From: Octopus sinensis
Lineage: Eukaryota
Assembly (NCBI RefSeq): GCF_006345805.1
Contig: NC_043015.1
Span: forward strand, 47,554,001 to 47,618,000
Direction: 5' to 3'
DNA length: 64,000 nucleotides
The first letter of the stretch is position 1. Every line of letters begins with the position of its first letter. Positions 12,036 to 25,889 of this stretch are shown here, in pieces. A program made the position numbers and the translations under genes. The notes beneath the pieces are model-generated. The model was not told where the DNA came from and searched no databases. It was given only the letters and a program-made list of their open reading frames with translations.

Positions 12036-14316
12036 TAGAGATCAGAGAGTGATGACATATAAAAGACATCTGCAGGCACACAATCCATAGTCCATAGCCA
12101 TTATTTGTTAACAGCCCACGCACCTACTTTGACAATATGTTGAACTCCTTGCAAACACCTTTCTGTGTTAGAGACACGCCCAAACAAAATACTCTTTGAA
12201 GAGTATTTTTACATCCGCTCGAAAGTATTCTGAAACATTAAAATGTGATAAAACGTCCTCGTTTTCAAGCAACACTATATTGCAACGAACAGAAATTGTC
12301 GCACATCGCCCTACCTTACTTCACAGGCCTTTATGCAATTCGTGACACCCTCAAAGAGCTAACATTGTGTTGCATAAAGAGCTGTGGAATTTGGCCGTGC
12401 ATTTGAATGAAGCATGACAATTATTACGCTCGAGCAGAACTAGTAGGAGCTACTCGAGAATATCTCTCTGAATTCACAAGCACATATGATACATACAGAT
12501 TTATTTACAGCTGTCATTTAGAAAAGGAAATCACACTAGAAATAAATAAGCTGGACAGCTTAACACATAACTAGAATTATATTGACGAACGAAATTTGAT
12601 TTAATGTAAATTCCTAATCAAAGGAATTAGTTTTACCTTGGCAATCAAAAAGATAAAAGCAATATATTTTACGAGTGAAAACAGATTCCTCGATAATATC
12701 ATTTTATATTATTTATTTATTTGTTTGTTTTAAGCTAAAACAGATCAATATTGGAAAACGGTTGGAATAAATCGACAAATGTTTAATGTTCATAATTATT
12801 ACGAATTTTCGTACTATACACCTAAAATTGTCCCCAGTGGTACAAATTTTCGTTTTTAAGTCAATTCTCGTACAGGCTTGGACCTCTATGCGGTATGGTA
12901 AGGCCCACTTTAGCGGCATTATTGGCACCCAAGCAAATCACTCTACTCTAGGCTGAAGAAAGCCACAACATACATAAATCAAAATTGAGCCCTTATTAGA
13001 CTCGTGAGGCCCCCAGAGTAATTACCCATGGGCCCATGCCTTAAGACAGATAAAAGACAAGACTAACAGAGCAGGATTTGAACTCAGAACGTAGGATTAC
13101 ACTAAGAAATTTAGTCCATCATTCTACCCCTTTTGTCACTCAACTTTCAATCAAAAAAAGCATTTTCAAAATTATTTAAAATATAATAATGTTTTTTTTT
13201 TTGTTAATTGTATCTTTGAAATAAATCAAACGTTATTGTGTGTAATGTGTGAAAACAGCTTTCTATATATGTATGTGTGTGTGTATGTATGTATATATAT
13301 ATATATATATATTACACACACACACACATATACATGTGTGTGTGTGTGATCGTTTTAGAAAACTATAGACATTAGTTTCAGCATGAAAACAACTTCATGC
13401 TAAAAACAAAATATTTGAAATTGATTTTATTTAAAAGAAATTGACCTAGAAAAATGACAAGATTATTGGTGTCGGCACGGATTTACTATCAGGTAGAGAC
13501 TTTTTACATCTGGAATTTCAACAATTAACGTCCATACTGTTGATTCTAGTGGAGGAATTTAGAAAAGGAGAAAAAATTATCTACTAAATGATCAATTAGT
13601 TCTGAATCACTTGATTGAAAATATTGTATTAAAGTAGAGCTTGAAGTTTTTTAATTTAGACACCTGTGACATAATTATCGATTAAAGAAAATAATTTTAG
13701 AAAATAGAATAGATGGAAATAAACCGAATATAATGCTATACGTTTTGAAAAAGAGTCAAATGTCACCTAAAAAGAACAATGAAAAATGCGATAAAGTACG
13801 TTGCATGTCGTCAAAGATTGGGGAAAATTGTTTCGCAACACGACTGTCATGTTGTCATATATCGATATAAGGATCGGTGTTGAAAAACAAAACAAAAAAA
13901 CATATATCAATGATAATATTAATGATAATCAATATTCGATCTCGTATTATTTTGAAATATAAGTTAGGTGTATGAAAGTTGAAAGATATGTACAGATATG
14001 GAGATGAAAATACCAGTTCTTTAGTTTATTAATAAAGCCGACTTAGAAATATGAGGTCTTGTTTCCGAGTGATTGAATAATGTATATATGTATATATATG
14101 AATAAGCTATAAGTTTTAATATAAAGGAGAATCGTACGCAACATGAAGCCGATAAATATGTTTACATAGCTAAAAGCACCAAGCTGTGTGTACAACTATA
14201 ATATTTTAGAAATGGTTAGGAAGAATGAAAAGGTATGTAGAAAATATTTGTCAATTTATTGGTGGAAAATAAAGCCCTTAATGCGATACCTGGCTTATTT
14301 AGGCAAATTAACTTAC

Positions 14317-14750
14317 TTGTTTTAGAAGTGACTTATTCCAGTTTTTAATCTACTTTTTGCTGTCTATAATTTGTGCCACCGATCCAAGGTGTTTTTTATT
14401 GCCGAGGTCTGTGGACAGCGCAACAAGTGGCGGCAACAAGAGCAGCAGCAGCAACAGCAGCAATAACAACAGCAGTAGCAGCGGCAGGGGGTGGGCGTGG
14501 CTTCACTAATGTTGTCATTACTAAAGATAGACGCGTGGAACTTTAGGATTTCTTCCGCTCTGTTTACAATTTCTTCGTTAGTTCGACTGTAAATGGCAGG
14601 TATTGATGATAATTAATCTAGCCAGGCGTTGAAACGACTGAGCTTTGACGTAAACATCACGTCCTAAGTTTGAGAAATACCCTTCGTAACAAGTCGATAA
14701 TCACTGGAATCTGTCACGAAAAAAAAATAAAGTGTTTTGAATGCGAACGA
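14317..14750 (-). promoter_or_regulatory. CpG-rich promoter-like island and probable non-coding first exon of an unidentified minus-strand gene
   Basis: Local CpG retention, GC/KLF box GGGTGGGCGTGGC (about 14489-14501), CAG-rich tract, and a strong donor CAA|GTAAGT at 14317/14316. Confidence 0.5.
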
Positions 14751-15217
14751 TGTATGAAAAGTAAATATCTTTATTTACGATTTTAAAACGGTAAAAAACA
14801 GTGAATTGACAGAATCGGCAGAGCATCGGGCAAATTTCTTTGTCATACTTAACGGCTCGTTGCGGTTTCAGTACCGGCCCCAGTCAGATGGACAGGTATT
14901 CTTTCGGTGTGTAAACACAAAACGAAAGTTGAAATATTACTACCATTCGGCAATGTCCAGGTGAATGAATCGAATAAGCACCTCCCCTCCTCCTCCTTTT
15001 CCCTCAAAATTCTCTTTGGATTTGTCTGTTTTCGTCGACGAAATCACGATTTTATTAAGAATCAACTTTTCAAATTTTTAATTCACCTCACTCAATTTTC
15101 GGGTTATAACTTCTTTTCGAATTACTTTTTTTCTTCACCCTGAAAAAAAAGTTTTTTTGTTTTCAAAATTTTAATTAATCATAGCTAATTGCTTTCGTTC
15201 ATTTCATGATCCTAAAC

Positions 15218-15436
15218 CAGTGGTTTTCAACCAGGGTTCCGCGGAACCTTAGGATTCCGCCAGTACAGTCCAGGGGTTCCGCAAGAAGTTACAAAAATGC
15301 TAAAATCGACAGTAATTTTTAATTTTCCTGTGCAGATATGTGTGCATAAGATAATTAAATTATTGCACAGGGGTTCCTCGAGCCAGTGAAATGTTTTCTT
15401 GGGGTTCCGCTCCAGCAAAAAGGTTGAAAAGCACTG
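15218..15436. mobile_element. hAT (Charlie-like) MITE
   Basis: TIR CAGTGGTTTTCAACC / GGTTGAAAAGCACTG; 8-bp TSD TCCTAAAC on both sides. Confidence 0.85.
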
Positions 15437-15687
15437 TCCTAAACCAAAAGAATGCAGGTGAATCATACCACTGATCCTTTGAGATCAATAAACTATAATT
15501 CTCACAAGTACTTGATTGATTTAATATCCATTTAATGTACTCTAGATGTGAATGGAAACATAACTGAAGACCAAGTCCTTTGATGGAAGCATGCCAAGTA
15601 CCAAAACCTTTTGAAAAATTGCAAGAAGAAGGAATAACAGTCATGGCTATTCCAAGTCAAAGTTGACAGTAAACAGCACTGAATTAT

Positions 15688-16096
15688 GGCAGAATCGTTA
15701 GCACACCGGGCGAAATGCTTAGCGGTATTTCGTCTGCCGTTACATTCCGAGTTCAAATTCCACCTGGGTCGACTTTGCCTTTCATCCTTCCGGGATCGAT
15801 AAATAAAGTACCAGTTTTGCGCTGGGGTCGATGTAAATGACTTAATCCTTTTGTCTGTCCTTGTTTGTCCTCTCTATGTTTAGCCCCTTGTGGGTAGTAA
15901 AGAAATAGAAATAGGTATTTCGTCTGCTGTTACGTTCTGAGTTCAAATTCCACCTGGGTCTACTTTACCTTTCATCCTTCCGGGATTGATAAATAAAGTA
16001 CCAGTTTCGCACTGGGGTCGATGTAAACGACTTAATCCCTTTGTCTGTCCTTGTTTGTCCCCTCTATGTTTAGCCCCTTGTGGGCAGTAAAGAAAT
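15688..16096 (+). mobile_element. SINE family B dimer
   Basis: Same unit twice, with junction AAATAG|GTATTT. Confidence 0.82.
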
Positions 16097-16223
16097 ATAT
16101 TAAGCAAAATAAGCATGTGCTTAGATCATCAAGGGAATGGCATGGAAGGAAATGGTGAATGGTGTACAGCACAAAAGAAATCACTTAAACCCTACTAAAA
16201 TAATATTCGGGATGCCTTATATA

Positions 16224-16641
16224 GGCGCAGGAGTGGCTGTGTGGTAAGTAGTTTGCTTGCCAACCACATGGTTCCGGGTTCAGTCCCACTGCGTGGCACC
16301 TTGGGCAAGTGTCTTCTACTATAGCCTCGGGCCGACCAAAGCCTTGTGAGTGGATTTGGTAGATGGAAACTGAAAGAAGCCCATCGTATATATGTATATA
16401 TATATATGTGTGTGCATGTATATGTTTATGTCTCTGTGTTTGTCCCCCTAGCATTGCTTGACAACCGATGCTGGTGTGTTTACATCCCCCGTAACTTAGC
16501 GGTTCGGCAAAAGAGATCGATAGAATAAGTACTGGGCTTACAAAGAATAAGTCCCGGGGTCGAGTTGCTTGACTAAAGGCGGTGCTCCAGCATGGCCGCA
16601 GTCAAATGACTGAAACAAGTAAAAGAGTAAAAGAGTAAGAG
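16224..16641 (+). mobile_element. tRNA-headed SINE family A (most abundant; internal TA/TG microsatellite, (AAGAGTA)n tail), representative full copy
   Basis: GGCGCAGGAGTGGCTGTGTGGTAAG..GGGTTCAGTCCC..ACCTTGGGCAAGTG..tail. Other copies at about 4183-4800(-), 5553-5925(-), 23207-23634(+), 33076-33888(-), 49207-49645(+), 50955-51352(-), 53300-53795(-), 56237-56651(-), 59138-59517(+), 59830-60248(+). Confidence 0.88.
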
Positions 16642-17924
16642 TATATCTACTAAGTATAGATGCAGATGTGTTACCTAAGATTCCTTTTGAGGGTCTGATC
16701 AAAAACTTTACAATTAAAAGAAAAAAGTAGATAACTTTTCAAATATATTTCGTTTTGGGATTTGGATTGCAAGATTCTTTATGTGAGTTCGTGTGTTGAA
16801 GCATATTCTGTTGAGTCTGGGGAGAGACATTCTCTTTTAGTGCCTTATAATTTAACACTCTCACTGGTAAAATTTCCACTTATTTCTTTTTTATTTTTCT
16901 AATCTTTTTGTTGCGTCTTGCAAACTTTTCAATAGTTTTTGACTCAAATATAGATAAAGTGAAAGCATACAGAAATAAACATTATTTGTTTCCTTTTGAA
17001 AACTAAAAATTTATTCTATGATGTATTATTGATTATATTTTGAATTACATATATATATGGGGGCACCAAAATATTTTAAGTGGTTAGGGCCTCAATTGGG
17101 TTTTAATCTAGCCGTGGTTGTAAAGCACTTCCTGCCTAGTATGGAGAATCATCATCATCATCATCATCGTTTAACATCAGTTTTCCATGCTAACATGGGT
17201 TAGACCTTTTTTTTTCAATGTTTGTCTATTTATTCGCAGAGTCACATATAAAATTTTTTTTTTTAATCTTGGACTTTAATGGTTTTGATTTACTGTCAGG
17301 TGACTTTTGGCCAAACCTGTATGTAACAAATCAGAAAGGAATATGTAACACTTCAAAAAAACCATATCATAGGAAACATTTCTAGACATTTATGATTTCC
17401 TTGGTTTTCCCCAAGGGTACTAAGGGCACAGAATTACCTTAAAAGGTAATGATTTAAAACAGGCACAGTGTCTGCAAATTTGATGGAGGGGGTGTAACAA
17501 GTATTTGACCGGCACTTTATTTTAACAATTCTCAGAAGAATAAAAGACAAAATTTAATTCTGCAGGATTTAATGTAGAAATTTGCTTCCCAGCAAGTTTG
17601 CTTCCTGTTCTGAGTTCAATCCCACTGCATGGTACCTTGGACAAGTGTTTTCTATAGTGGTCTTATGTTGATCAAAGCCTTCTAAATGGATTTGGTAGAT
17701 AGAAACTGAAAAACAACATTTTGAACCAATGAACCCTTTTTTTTATGTAATCCCTGGGAGAATTCTTTCAACAATATTGGTGACTGAAAGAAACTCCTCA
17801 TACTTATATAGGTGTGTGTGTATCTGTTTTTGGCTTCCACCACCATTTGAGATCCAGCATTAGTTTGTTTACATCCCTGTAACCTAGCAGTTCAGCATTA
17901 GATATTGATAGAATAAGCACCAGG

Positions 17925-18521
17925 TGGCAAGCTGGCAGAATCGTTAGCACGCCGGGTGAAATGCTTAGCGGTATTTCATCTGCCGTTACGTTCTGAATTC
18001 AAATTCCGCCAGGGTCGACTTTGCCTTTCATCCTTTCGGAGTTGATTAAATAAGTACCAGTTACGCACTGGGGTCGATATAATCAACTTAATCCGTTTGT
18101 CTGTCCTTGTTTGTCCCCTCTATGTTTAGCTCCTTGTGGTTAGTAAAGAAATAGGTATTTCGTCTGCCGTTACGTTCTGAGTTCAAATTCCGCCAACGTC
18201 GACTTTGCCTTTCATCCTTTCGGGGTCGATAAATTAAGCACCAGTTACGCACTGGGGTCGATATAATCGACTTAATCGGTTCGTCAGCCCTTGTTTGTCT
18301 CCTCTGTGTTTAGCCCCTTGTGGGTAGTAAAGAAATAGGTATTTTGTCTGCCGTTACCTTCTGAATTCAAATTCCGCCGGGGTCGACTTTGCCTTTCATC
18401 CTTTTGGGGTCGATAAATTAAGTACCAGTTATGCACTGGGGTCGATGTAATCGACTTAATCCCTTTATATGTCCTTGTTTGGCCCCTATATGTTTAGCCC
18501 CTTGTGGGCAATAAAGAAATA
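17925..18521 (+). mobile_element. tRNA-headed SINE family B (Nin/Deu-like central domain), head-to-tail trimer with 15-bp TSD, nested in an older family A SINE
   Basis: A box TGGCAGAATCG, B box GAATTCAAATTC, CCTTTCATCCTTTCGGGGTCGATAAATTAAGTACCAG core; 184-bp period (17971, 18155, 18339); TSD AGAATAARCACCAGG. Confidence 0.85.
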
Positions 18522-20713
18522 AGAATAAACACCAGGTTTAAAAGAACTATATATACTGGAGCTGGTTCATATGACTAAAGCCAATCAAGGGGTTGCTCCA
18601 GTATGGTCACAACCCAATGACTGAAACAAGTAAAAGATTCATACAAGAACCTCCCATGCTGACAGATAGATTCATCACCATTTAACGTTCACTTTCCATG
18701 CTGGCATGGGTCGGACAGCTCAACAGGAGCTGGCGAGCCAGAGGACTATATCAAGCTCTAATGCCTGCTTTAGCATGGTTTCTATGGTTGAGTGCCCTTC
18801 CTAATAACAGCCACTTTACAGATTGTTGTAGGTGTTTTTTTTATGCAACATTTGCACTGGTAAGGTCACTGAGTAACTTGTTAGACAAAACCCATCAACT
18901 GCAAGGAAAGTAGTCCTGAGGGAGGTAGCTTTATGTTCAGTGCTGAGGGGTTTCAAGAATGCTAGAGTGCAAAGTGTTGAGAGGTTAAAAGTATGATACA
19001 ACCCACTTCAGTACTTCTATTAACTACAGACAGGAAAATGACAAAAGTCAGCACCAGTGGTGGGCTAAAATTGGCAAAGTAAAGAAACATTTAAACTAAA
19101 TACCAAAACCAGTTTTGCCTCTCACTCCCACCGCTCACACATGCACTCACACGCGAATACACACACACACACACTTTACAATAAAATAAACAGACAATGA
19201 AACAGATATTCAGTGACACAAGAAATCACAGGTGAAGGTATGTGCACTCAAGTGTGTGTTACATGTGAGTGGGTGGCGGTGGTGGTTGTGGTGGTGGATG
19301 AGGTGGTGATGGTGGTGGTGGTACATAGATTACATGTGAAAATGTGAAAATGTCTGGAAGTCAAACTAAAGTTGAAGCTATCATTAAGAAAATTCATTTT
19401 AAGAACAAAGTAAAGGCATTGAACTGACAGAATCTGGAGCACATCAGTGCTTTGCATTATGAGTTCAAATCCCACTGAGATCAGCTTTGCTTTTCCCCTC
19501 TTTGGGGTCAATGATATAAAGTATTAATAAACTATTAAGGTGGTGAGCTGGCAGAATTGTTAGTATGCCAGGCGAAATGCTTGGCAATATTCAGTCTACC
19601 ATTACATTCTGAGTTCAAATTCCGCCAAGGCCGACTTTGCCTTTCATCCTTTCAGGGGCGATTAAATAAGTACCAGTTATACACTGGGGTCAGTGTAATT
19701 GACTTAATCCCTTTGTCTGTCCTTATTTGTCCACTCTATGTTTAGACCCCTGTGGGCAATAAAGAAATAAATAATATAAAGTACCAGTTGTGTACTGAGG
19801 TCCATGTAATCAATTAACTCCACCATGCACTAAAATTGCTGGCCTTGTGCCTAAATTTGAAACCATTACCAGAAAGAACAGAGTTTGCAGAAAGAAAATA
19901 ATAAAAGAAAATACAGTTGAAATGGAACAAGCCAAAAGAAATAGTTGATAGAATTTTTAATAAGAAAGTTCCAGTAGCCCCTTCTCAAGAAATTCGTACT
20001 GAAGGAAAATTTGGAGAGGAAAAGAATTTAACCAAGGGCTGAAAAAAAAGCCCTGTCTTCCTTCCCCTTTGTGATTTGTTGTTGGCACTCCGTTGGTTAT
20101 GATGACGAGTGTTCCAGTTGATCCAATCAATGGAACAGCCTGCTCAGGAAATTAACATGCAGGTGGTTGAGCACTCCACAGACACATGTACCCTTAACGT
20201 AGTTCTCATGGAGATTCAGCACGAAACAGTGTGACAAGGCTGGCCCTTTGAAATACAGGTACAACAGAAACAGGAAGAAAGAGTGAAAGAAAGTTGTGAT
20301 GAAAGAGTACAGCAGGGTTCACCACCACCCCCTGCCAGAGCCTCGTGGAGCTTTAGGTGTTTTCACTCAATAAACACTCACAATGCACAGTCTGGGAATT
20401 GAAACTGCAATCCTAAGACCGTGAGTCCGCTGCCCTAACCACTGGGCCATTGCGCCTCCCCTATACATAGTACAAATGGCAAGCCTTAAAATTGTAAATG
20501 TAAATTATAGGATACAAAAGAACAGCGAGAAAATTGGTTGATGGCTACAGGTTACAAGAAACAAGAATAGCATAACATTCCAACCTAAAACTAGCAAGGC
20601 ATCTGCTGAGAAATTACAATCCATGTTGGCTGGCATTCATCATTACTGTTGTCATCATCATTACTTTAATTTCCACTTTTCCATGCTTGCATGGGTTGGA
20701 TAGAATTTATTAA

Positions 20714-21180
20714 TCCTTTTGTTATCAAATTTCTGTTGGGATGCTCCGTATGTCTTTCAGTTAATTTTAAATATAATAAAGAATTTAGTAAAATAATTTA
20801 GTTATCCATTTCTTTATTACCCACACGGGGCTAAACACAGAGAGGACAAACAAGGACAGACATACGGATTAAGTCGATTACATCGACCCCAGTGCATAAC
20901 TGGTACTTAATTTATCGACCCCGAAAGGATGAAAGGCAAAGTCGACCTCGGCGAAATTTGAACTCAGAACATAACGGCAGATGAAATACGGCTATGCATT
21001 TCAACCGGCATGCTAACGATTCTGCCAGCTAAGTAAAATAACATAGTTATCATTAAGCTAGTGTTAGGAACATAAATTGTGAATAAGGTTTGGTGGAAGA
21101 TTTTAATTCGGAACTTTTGAAAATGAGACATTTGTACTACATAGCCAGAGGCAGTTTCAGCTGGGTTGGTATCAAAGGGG
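20714..21180. mobile_element. piggyBac-like MITE with a nested SINE (about 20810-21030)
   Basis: TTAA|TCCTTTTGTTATCAA ... TGGTATCAAAGGGG|TTAA. Confidence 0.6.
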
Positions 21181-21550
21181 TTAAGGCAGATTTTTTTCTC
21201 TAAAGACAGATGCCCTTCCTGTTGCCAACCCTCACTAGTTTCCAAGCAAGGTAATATTTCCCCATGTCCAGACAGGTTTCTGCAGATTATAAGAAATGAA
21301 TGACACTGCTTGTATGACAGTGATACTCATTTACAACTATCATATGATGTCAAGACAAGGCAGCACAAACATACACACTCACACACACACACACACACAC
21401 ATACACAGGAGACGTAGGTTCATGTCCCATGGACAGCTTTTGACATTTTTCTGTCCAAAAGGTTTTTACAACCCAATATTTACATGTTATTTTTCATTAC
21501 TGTACGAACTGTGGTTCGAAAACCATTATTCAAAAAGGATATATATATAT

Positions 21551-22558
21551 CATCATCATCATCATCATCGTTTAACGTCCGCTTTCCATGCTAGCATGGG
21601 TTGGACGGTTCAACTAGGATCTGGGAAACCCGAAGGCTGCACCAGGCCAGTCAGATCTGGCAGTGTTTCTACAGCTGGATGCCCTTCCTAACGCCAACCA
21701 CTCCGTGAGTGTAGTGGGTGCTTTTTATGTGCCACCGACACAGGTGCCAGATGAGGCTGGCGAACGGCCATGCTCGGATGGTGCTTTTTACGTGCCACCA
21801 GCACGGAGGCCAGCCGAGGCTGGCACGGCCACGATCGGATGGTGTTTGTTAAGTGCCACCAGCATGGAGGCCAGTCGATGTGGTGCTGGCTACGGCCACG
21901 TTCGGATGGTTCTCTTATGTCCCACTGGCACAGGTACCACAAACTACAAATTCCATTGATGTTGATCGATTTCGATTTTGATTTGATTTTTTGATTCTTT
22001 GATTTTTTGATTCTTTGATTTTCACTTGCGTCAACAGGTCTTCACAAGTAGAGTTATGTGTCCCAAGAAGGAAGGTATGCACAGGTGGACTGACTACGTC
22101 CCAGGTAGGGGCCACAGGTTATGGCCTCACTTGTCCTGCCGGGTCTTCTCGCGCACAGCATACTTCCAAAAGTCTCGGTCTCTGGTCATTTCTTCAGTGA
22201 GACCTAAAGAGCGAAGGTCGTGCTTCACCACCTTGTCCCAGGTTTTCCTGGGTCTACCTCTTCCACAGGTTCCCTCAACCGCTAGGGTGTGGCACTTTTT
22301 CACACAACTATCTTCATCCATTCTTACCACGTGTCCATACCAGCATAGACGTCTCTCTTGCACACCAGATCTGATGCTTTTTAGGTCCAACTTTTCTCTC
22401 AAGGCACTTACACTCTGTCGAGTATGAACACTGACATTACACATCCATCGGAGCATACTGGCTTCATTTCTTGCAAGCTTACGCATATCCTCAGCAGTCA
22501 CGGCCCATGTTTCACTGCCATGTAGTATGGCTGTTCGTACACATGCGTCATACAGTCT
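21551..22558 (-). mobile_element. RTE-clade LINE 3' portion (ORF C-terminus, long 3' UTR, (GAT)n tail)
   Basis: [63 protein letters not shown]; tail CATCATCAT at 21551. Shorter 3'-end copies at about 9663, 10038, 10913, 24111, 31160, 35255, 43808, 46640, 49875 and 55530. Confidence 0.9.
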
Positions 22559-22563
22559 ATATA

Positions 22564-22617
<54 letters not shown>

Positions 22618-23374
22618 ATATATATATAACACACACACATACATACATACATACATATATATCTTATATATCTATATATATATACTATATATACACACAT
22701 ATTTATATGTATGTATGTATACGATGGGCTTCCTTCAGTTTCCATCTACCAAAACCACTCACAAGGCCTTGGTTGACCGTGGGCTATAGTAAAAGACATT
22801 TGCCCAGGCTTCCACATAGTGGAGCTGAACCCAGAACCATGTGACAGTAAAGCAAACTCCTTATCGCACAACCGTTCTTGATGGCAATAATATTAATACT
22901 CAAGAACAAAGAGAGTAAACTGGCAGAATTAGTAGAGCATCAGACAAATTGCTTTGTGATATTTAATTAAGCCTCTTTACATTTTAAGTGCAAACCCCAG
23001 TAAGGTGGAATGGGGTTCTTTCGGTGTATGAACACAAATTGAAAATGGAAATATTGAATCTGTTTTGCAGATGGGCAAATACTCTCCAGAGGAACAAGTC
23101 AAAGAAGCACCCCTACACCTTTTTCTTTCATCCTTTTTTTCTTTTCATAATTTTCTTTGGATTTGTTTGTTTTCAATAATAGATATTACTATTTTGCTAT
23201 AATTGGTGCAGGAATGGCTGTGTGGTAAGTAGCTTGCTAACCAACCACATGGTTCCGGGTTCAGTCCCACTGCGTGGCATCTCGGGCAAGTGTCTTCAAC
23301 TATAGCCTCAGGCCGACCAAAGCCTTGTGAGTGGATTTGGTAGACGGAAACTGAAAGAAGCCTGTCGTATATAT

Positions 23375-23410
<36 letters not shown>

Positions 23411-25257
23411 ATATGTTTGTGTGTCTGTGTTTGTCCCTTTAGCATTGCTTGACAACCGATGCTGGTGTGTTTACGTCCCTGTTACTTAGCGGTTCGGCAA
23501 AAGAGACTGATAAAATAAGTACTGGGCTTACAAAGAATAAGTCCCGGTGTCGATTTGCTTGACTAAAGGCGGTGCTCCAGCATGGCCGCAGTCAAATGAC
23601 TGAAACAAGTAAAAGAGTAAAGAGTAAAGAGTAAATCACCTTTTCAAATTTCTAATTTCCGCAAAGACATCTAAATGGTGATGAAGAATTTCTTACTAAT
23701 TGCAGGCTAACATCTACTGAATAAAAAGCATTCAGTCTGTTGCAGCATATTTCTCTAGGGCTGGTCCCTCTTTTGGTTTCACCCAGGGAAGTTCCTTTCT
23801 TCCATGTATTCTCCTCATTCATCAACTTCTCATAATCCCACATCCATGCCTCTTTCTTTTCAATGCCAGAAAGACCAAGCGAGCCATTATCATTCCATAC
23901 ACACTTCTCTCTCCTTACGATGTATCAATTCTCTCCAAAACAATGTCTTGTAATCTGCAACCCCTCACACCACTGATCTCCATGCTTGTGCCTGGAGCAG
24001 GATCCCAATCTTCTGTCTGGTTGGGGTGTTGCTTCACTTAAAGATCCAGCCTGTAGCCCCCAGCAGGTTGTCCCTTAACCCTTTAGCATTGAGATTACCT
24101 GGTCAAATGACATCATCATCATCATCATTTAACATCTGTTGTCCATGCTGGCATGGGTTGGACGGTGTGACCAGAGCTGGCAAGGTGGGGGCAGGGGTTA
24201 GAAGACTCCAGCCTGATTTGGCAAAGTTTCTACAGGTGGATGCTCTTCCTAATGCCAACCACTTTACAGAGTGTGCTGGGCGCTTTTACACAATACCACA
24301 CAGACGCTTTTACATGGCACTGCATGGGTGCTTTTACCTGATGCCACGTGGGCACTCTTATGTGTCGCCACAGGCACTTTTATGTATCAGTCATGCATTA
24401 TCTCGCAGCTTCAAGATTTCAATGATGTAATTCTTTACTTTTAGAATGACCTTGTAAGGTAGGTGTATGATACCAGATCTAGCCAGTTTGAATATAACAC
24501 AGGTAGAATACCTGGGCTGGATATGGCCTGTTTGAATGCTAAAGGATTGGGAACTTTCAGGTGTTCTCCATGCATAAAGTTTCCATCTCTTTCTTCTGTC
24601 AAATGCTTCAACTAAAAGTTCTCAGAATTTCTAATTGTTCTATGTGACTTTAAGCCTCATATCTTCATTCTCCAGACAGCTTTGTATCTCTTAGTTTGTC
24701 TAGTTCTTATTTTAAAATCAATAATTGCTAATCAATACATACTTTTGCAAAGAAAGACTCGCATTCAAATCATCAGTCTGTGTTGTATTTCTGGTGAGAA
24801 TATACTAGATCTGACATGTGTGTCCACTAGATTGATAGATGATCAGGTGGCTGGGTGGCTAGCTGGTTGGTTGGCTGGCTGGTTGGCTGGTTTCTTGAAA
24901 TTAGTGCTTCAAAGCATCGAGTCATTAGCATTACAGGAACCTCTTTCTTTGAACCAAAGCCATCACTCTGTGTAAATCTGTAAGGTGCTGTCCAACATAG
25001 CTATTGAAGTCACTCACCAGCTTCAACACTGAGGTCGTTGATATTTATCATTGAGTTAGTCTGCAAGAAAGCCATGTAGAATCGGTCTTTCTGTTCAGTT
25101 TCTTGCCCAGATAGTGGAGTATGTGTGGGAATAAACTCCACTGTCCAATCGTCCTCCAAGACTAGTCTAAGCTTAATTATCCTTGCACTATTCAGTCATT
25201 AATATAATCCTGCCATTTGTTCTGATTACCTCAACACCTAGGACACATCTTCACCAT

Positions 25258-25301
<44 letters not shown>

Positions 25302-25889
25302 CCCAGTTGGAGTAGCCATGTATCTCCTCTACATCAATGAAAAAATTCCAGTGAAACCTGTAAAAGTAGAATCAGTATATCCAATGGTAATCCAGGTGGA
25401 GTGCTGCTATGTAGATGAAGAGAGCTGCAGAAAGCTCAGGAAGTGGTTAAGATATGGAAGTCCAAAGAGAAGGAATTTAAGGCAGGATAAAACTGGAGTG
25501 CCATGCCTGATCACTAAATCCGCAAGTTTTTTTTTCATCTTCTCTCTATTTATTTTCTCTTATTCCTTTCTGTTTAAGAGCGTAGGCTCGAAATATAAAA
25601 GACTTTTACATTTTCCCCATCGTCAGACTAATACTTGTTGTTCATACACTTGTCTTCCTCTTTTCTTTTTCTATAAGTTTCAACTATCTCTTCTACAGCA
25701 AGACACCTGTTTCTGTCCCTCCGTCATGCTCTACCCTCTCATTACAAGAAGCACCCAGCACACTCTGTAAAATGGTTGGCATTGGGAAGGGCATCAAGCC
25801 ATAGAAACCATACCAAAACAGAGAGAAAAGCTTGACACAGTCCTCTGGCTCATCAGCTCCTCTCAAACCATCCAACGCATGCCAGCATA

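Noticed and set aside
12180-12480. Possible highly decayed mariner transposase (PHxPYSPDL-like trace)
   Set aside because: Too degenerate to support without a profile search.
14802-15045. Possible ribosomal-protein-like first exon (TCTTTC motif, ATGTCCAG|GTGAAT) with a paralog at 22915-23185
   Set aside because: Both copies begin with a decayed tRNA-like SINE head (TGRCAGAAT..AGAGCATC), so they are best explained as an old SINE family.
17300-17385. Possible plus-strand exon giving MAG-DFWPNL when joined to 14593 (superficially like cyclin C MAGNFW)
   Set aside because: Similarity ends after 6 residues, a stop follows, and no further cyclin exons are visible.
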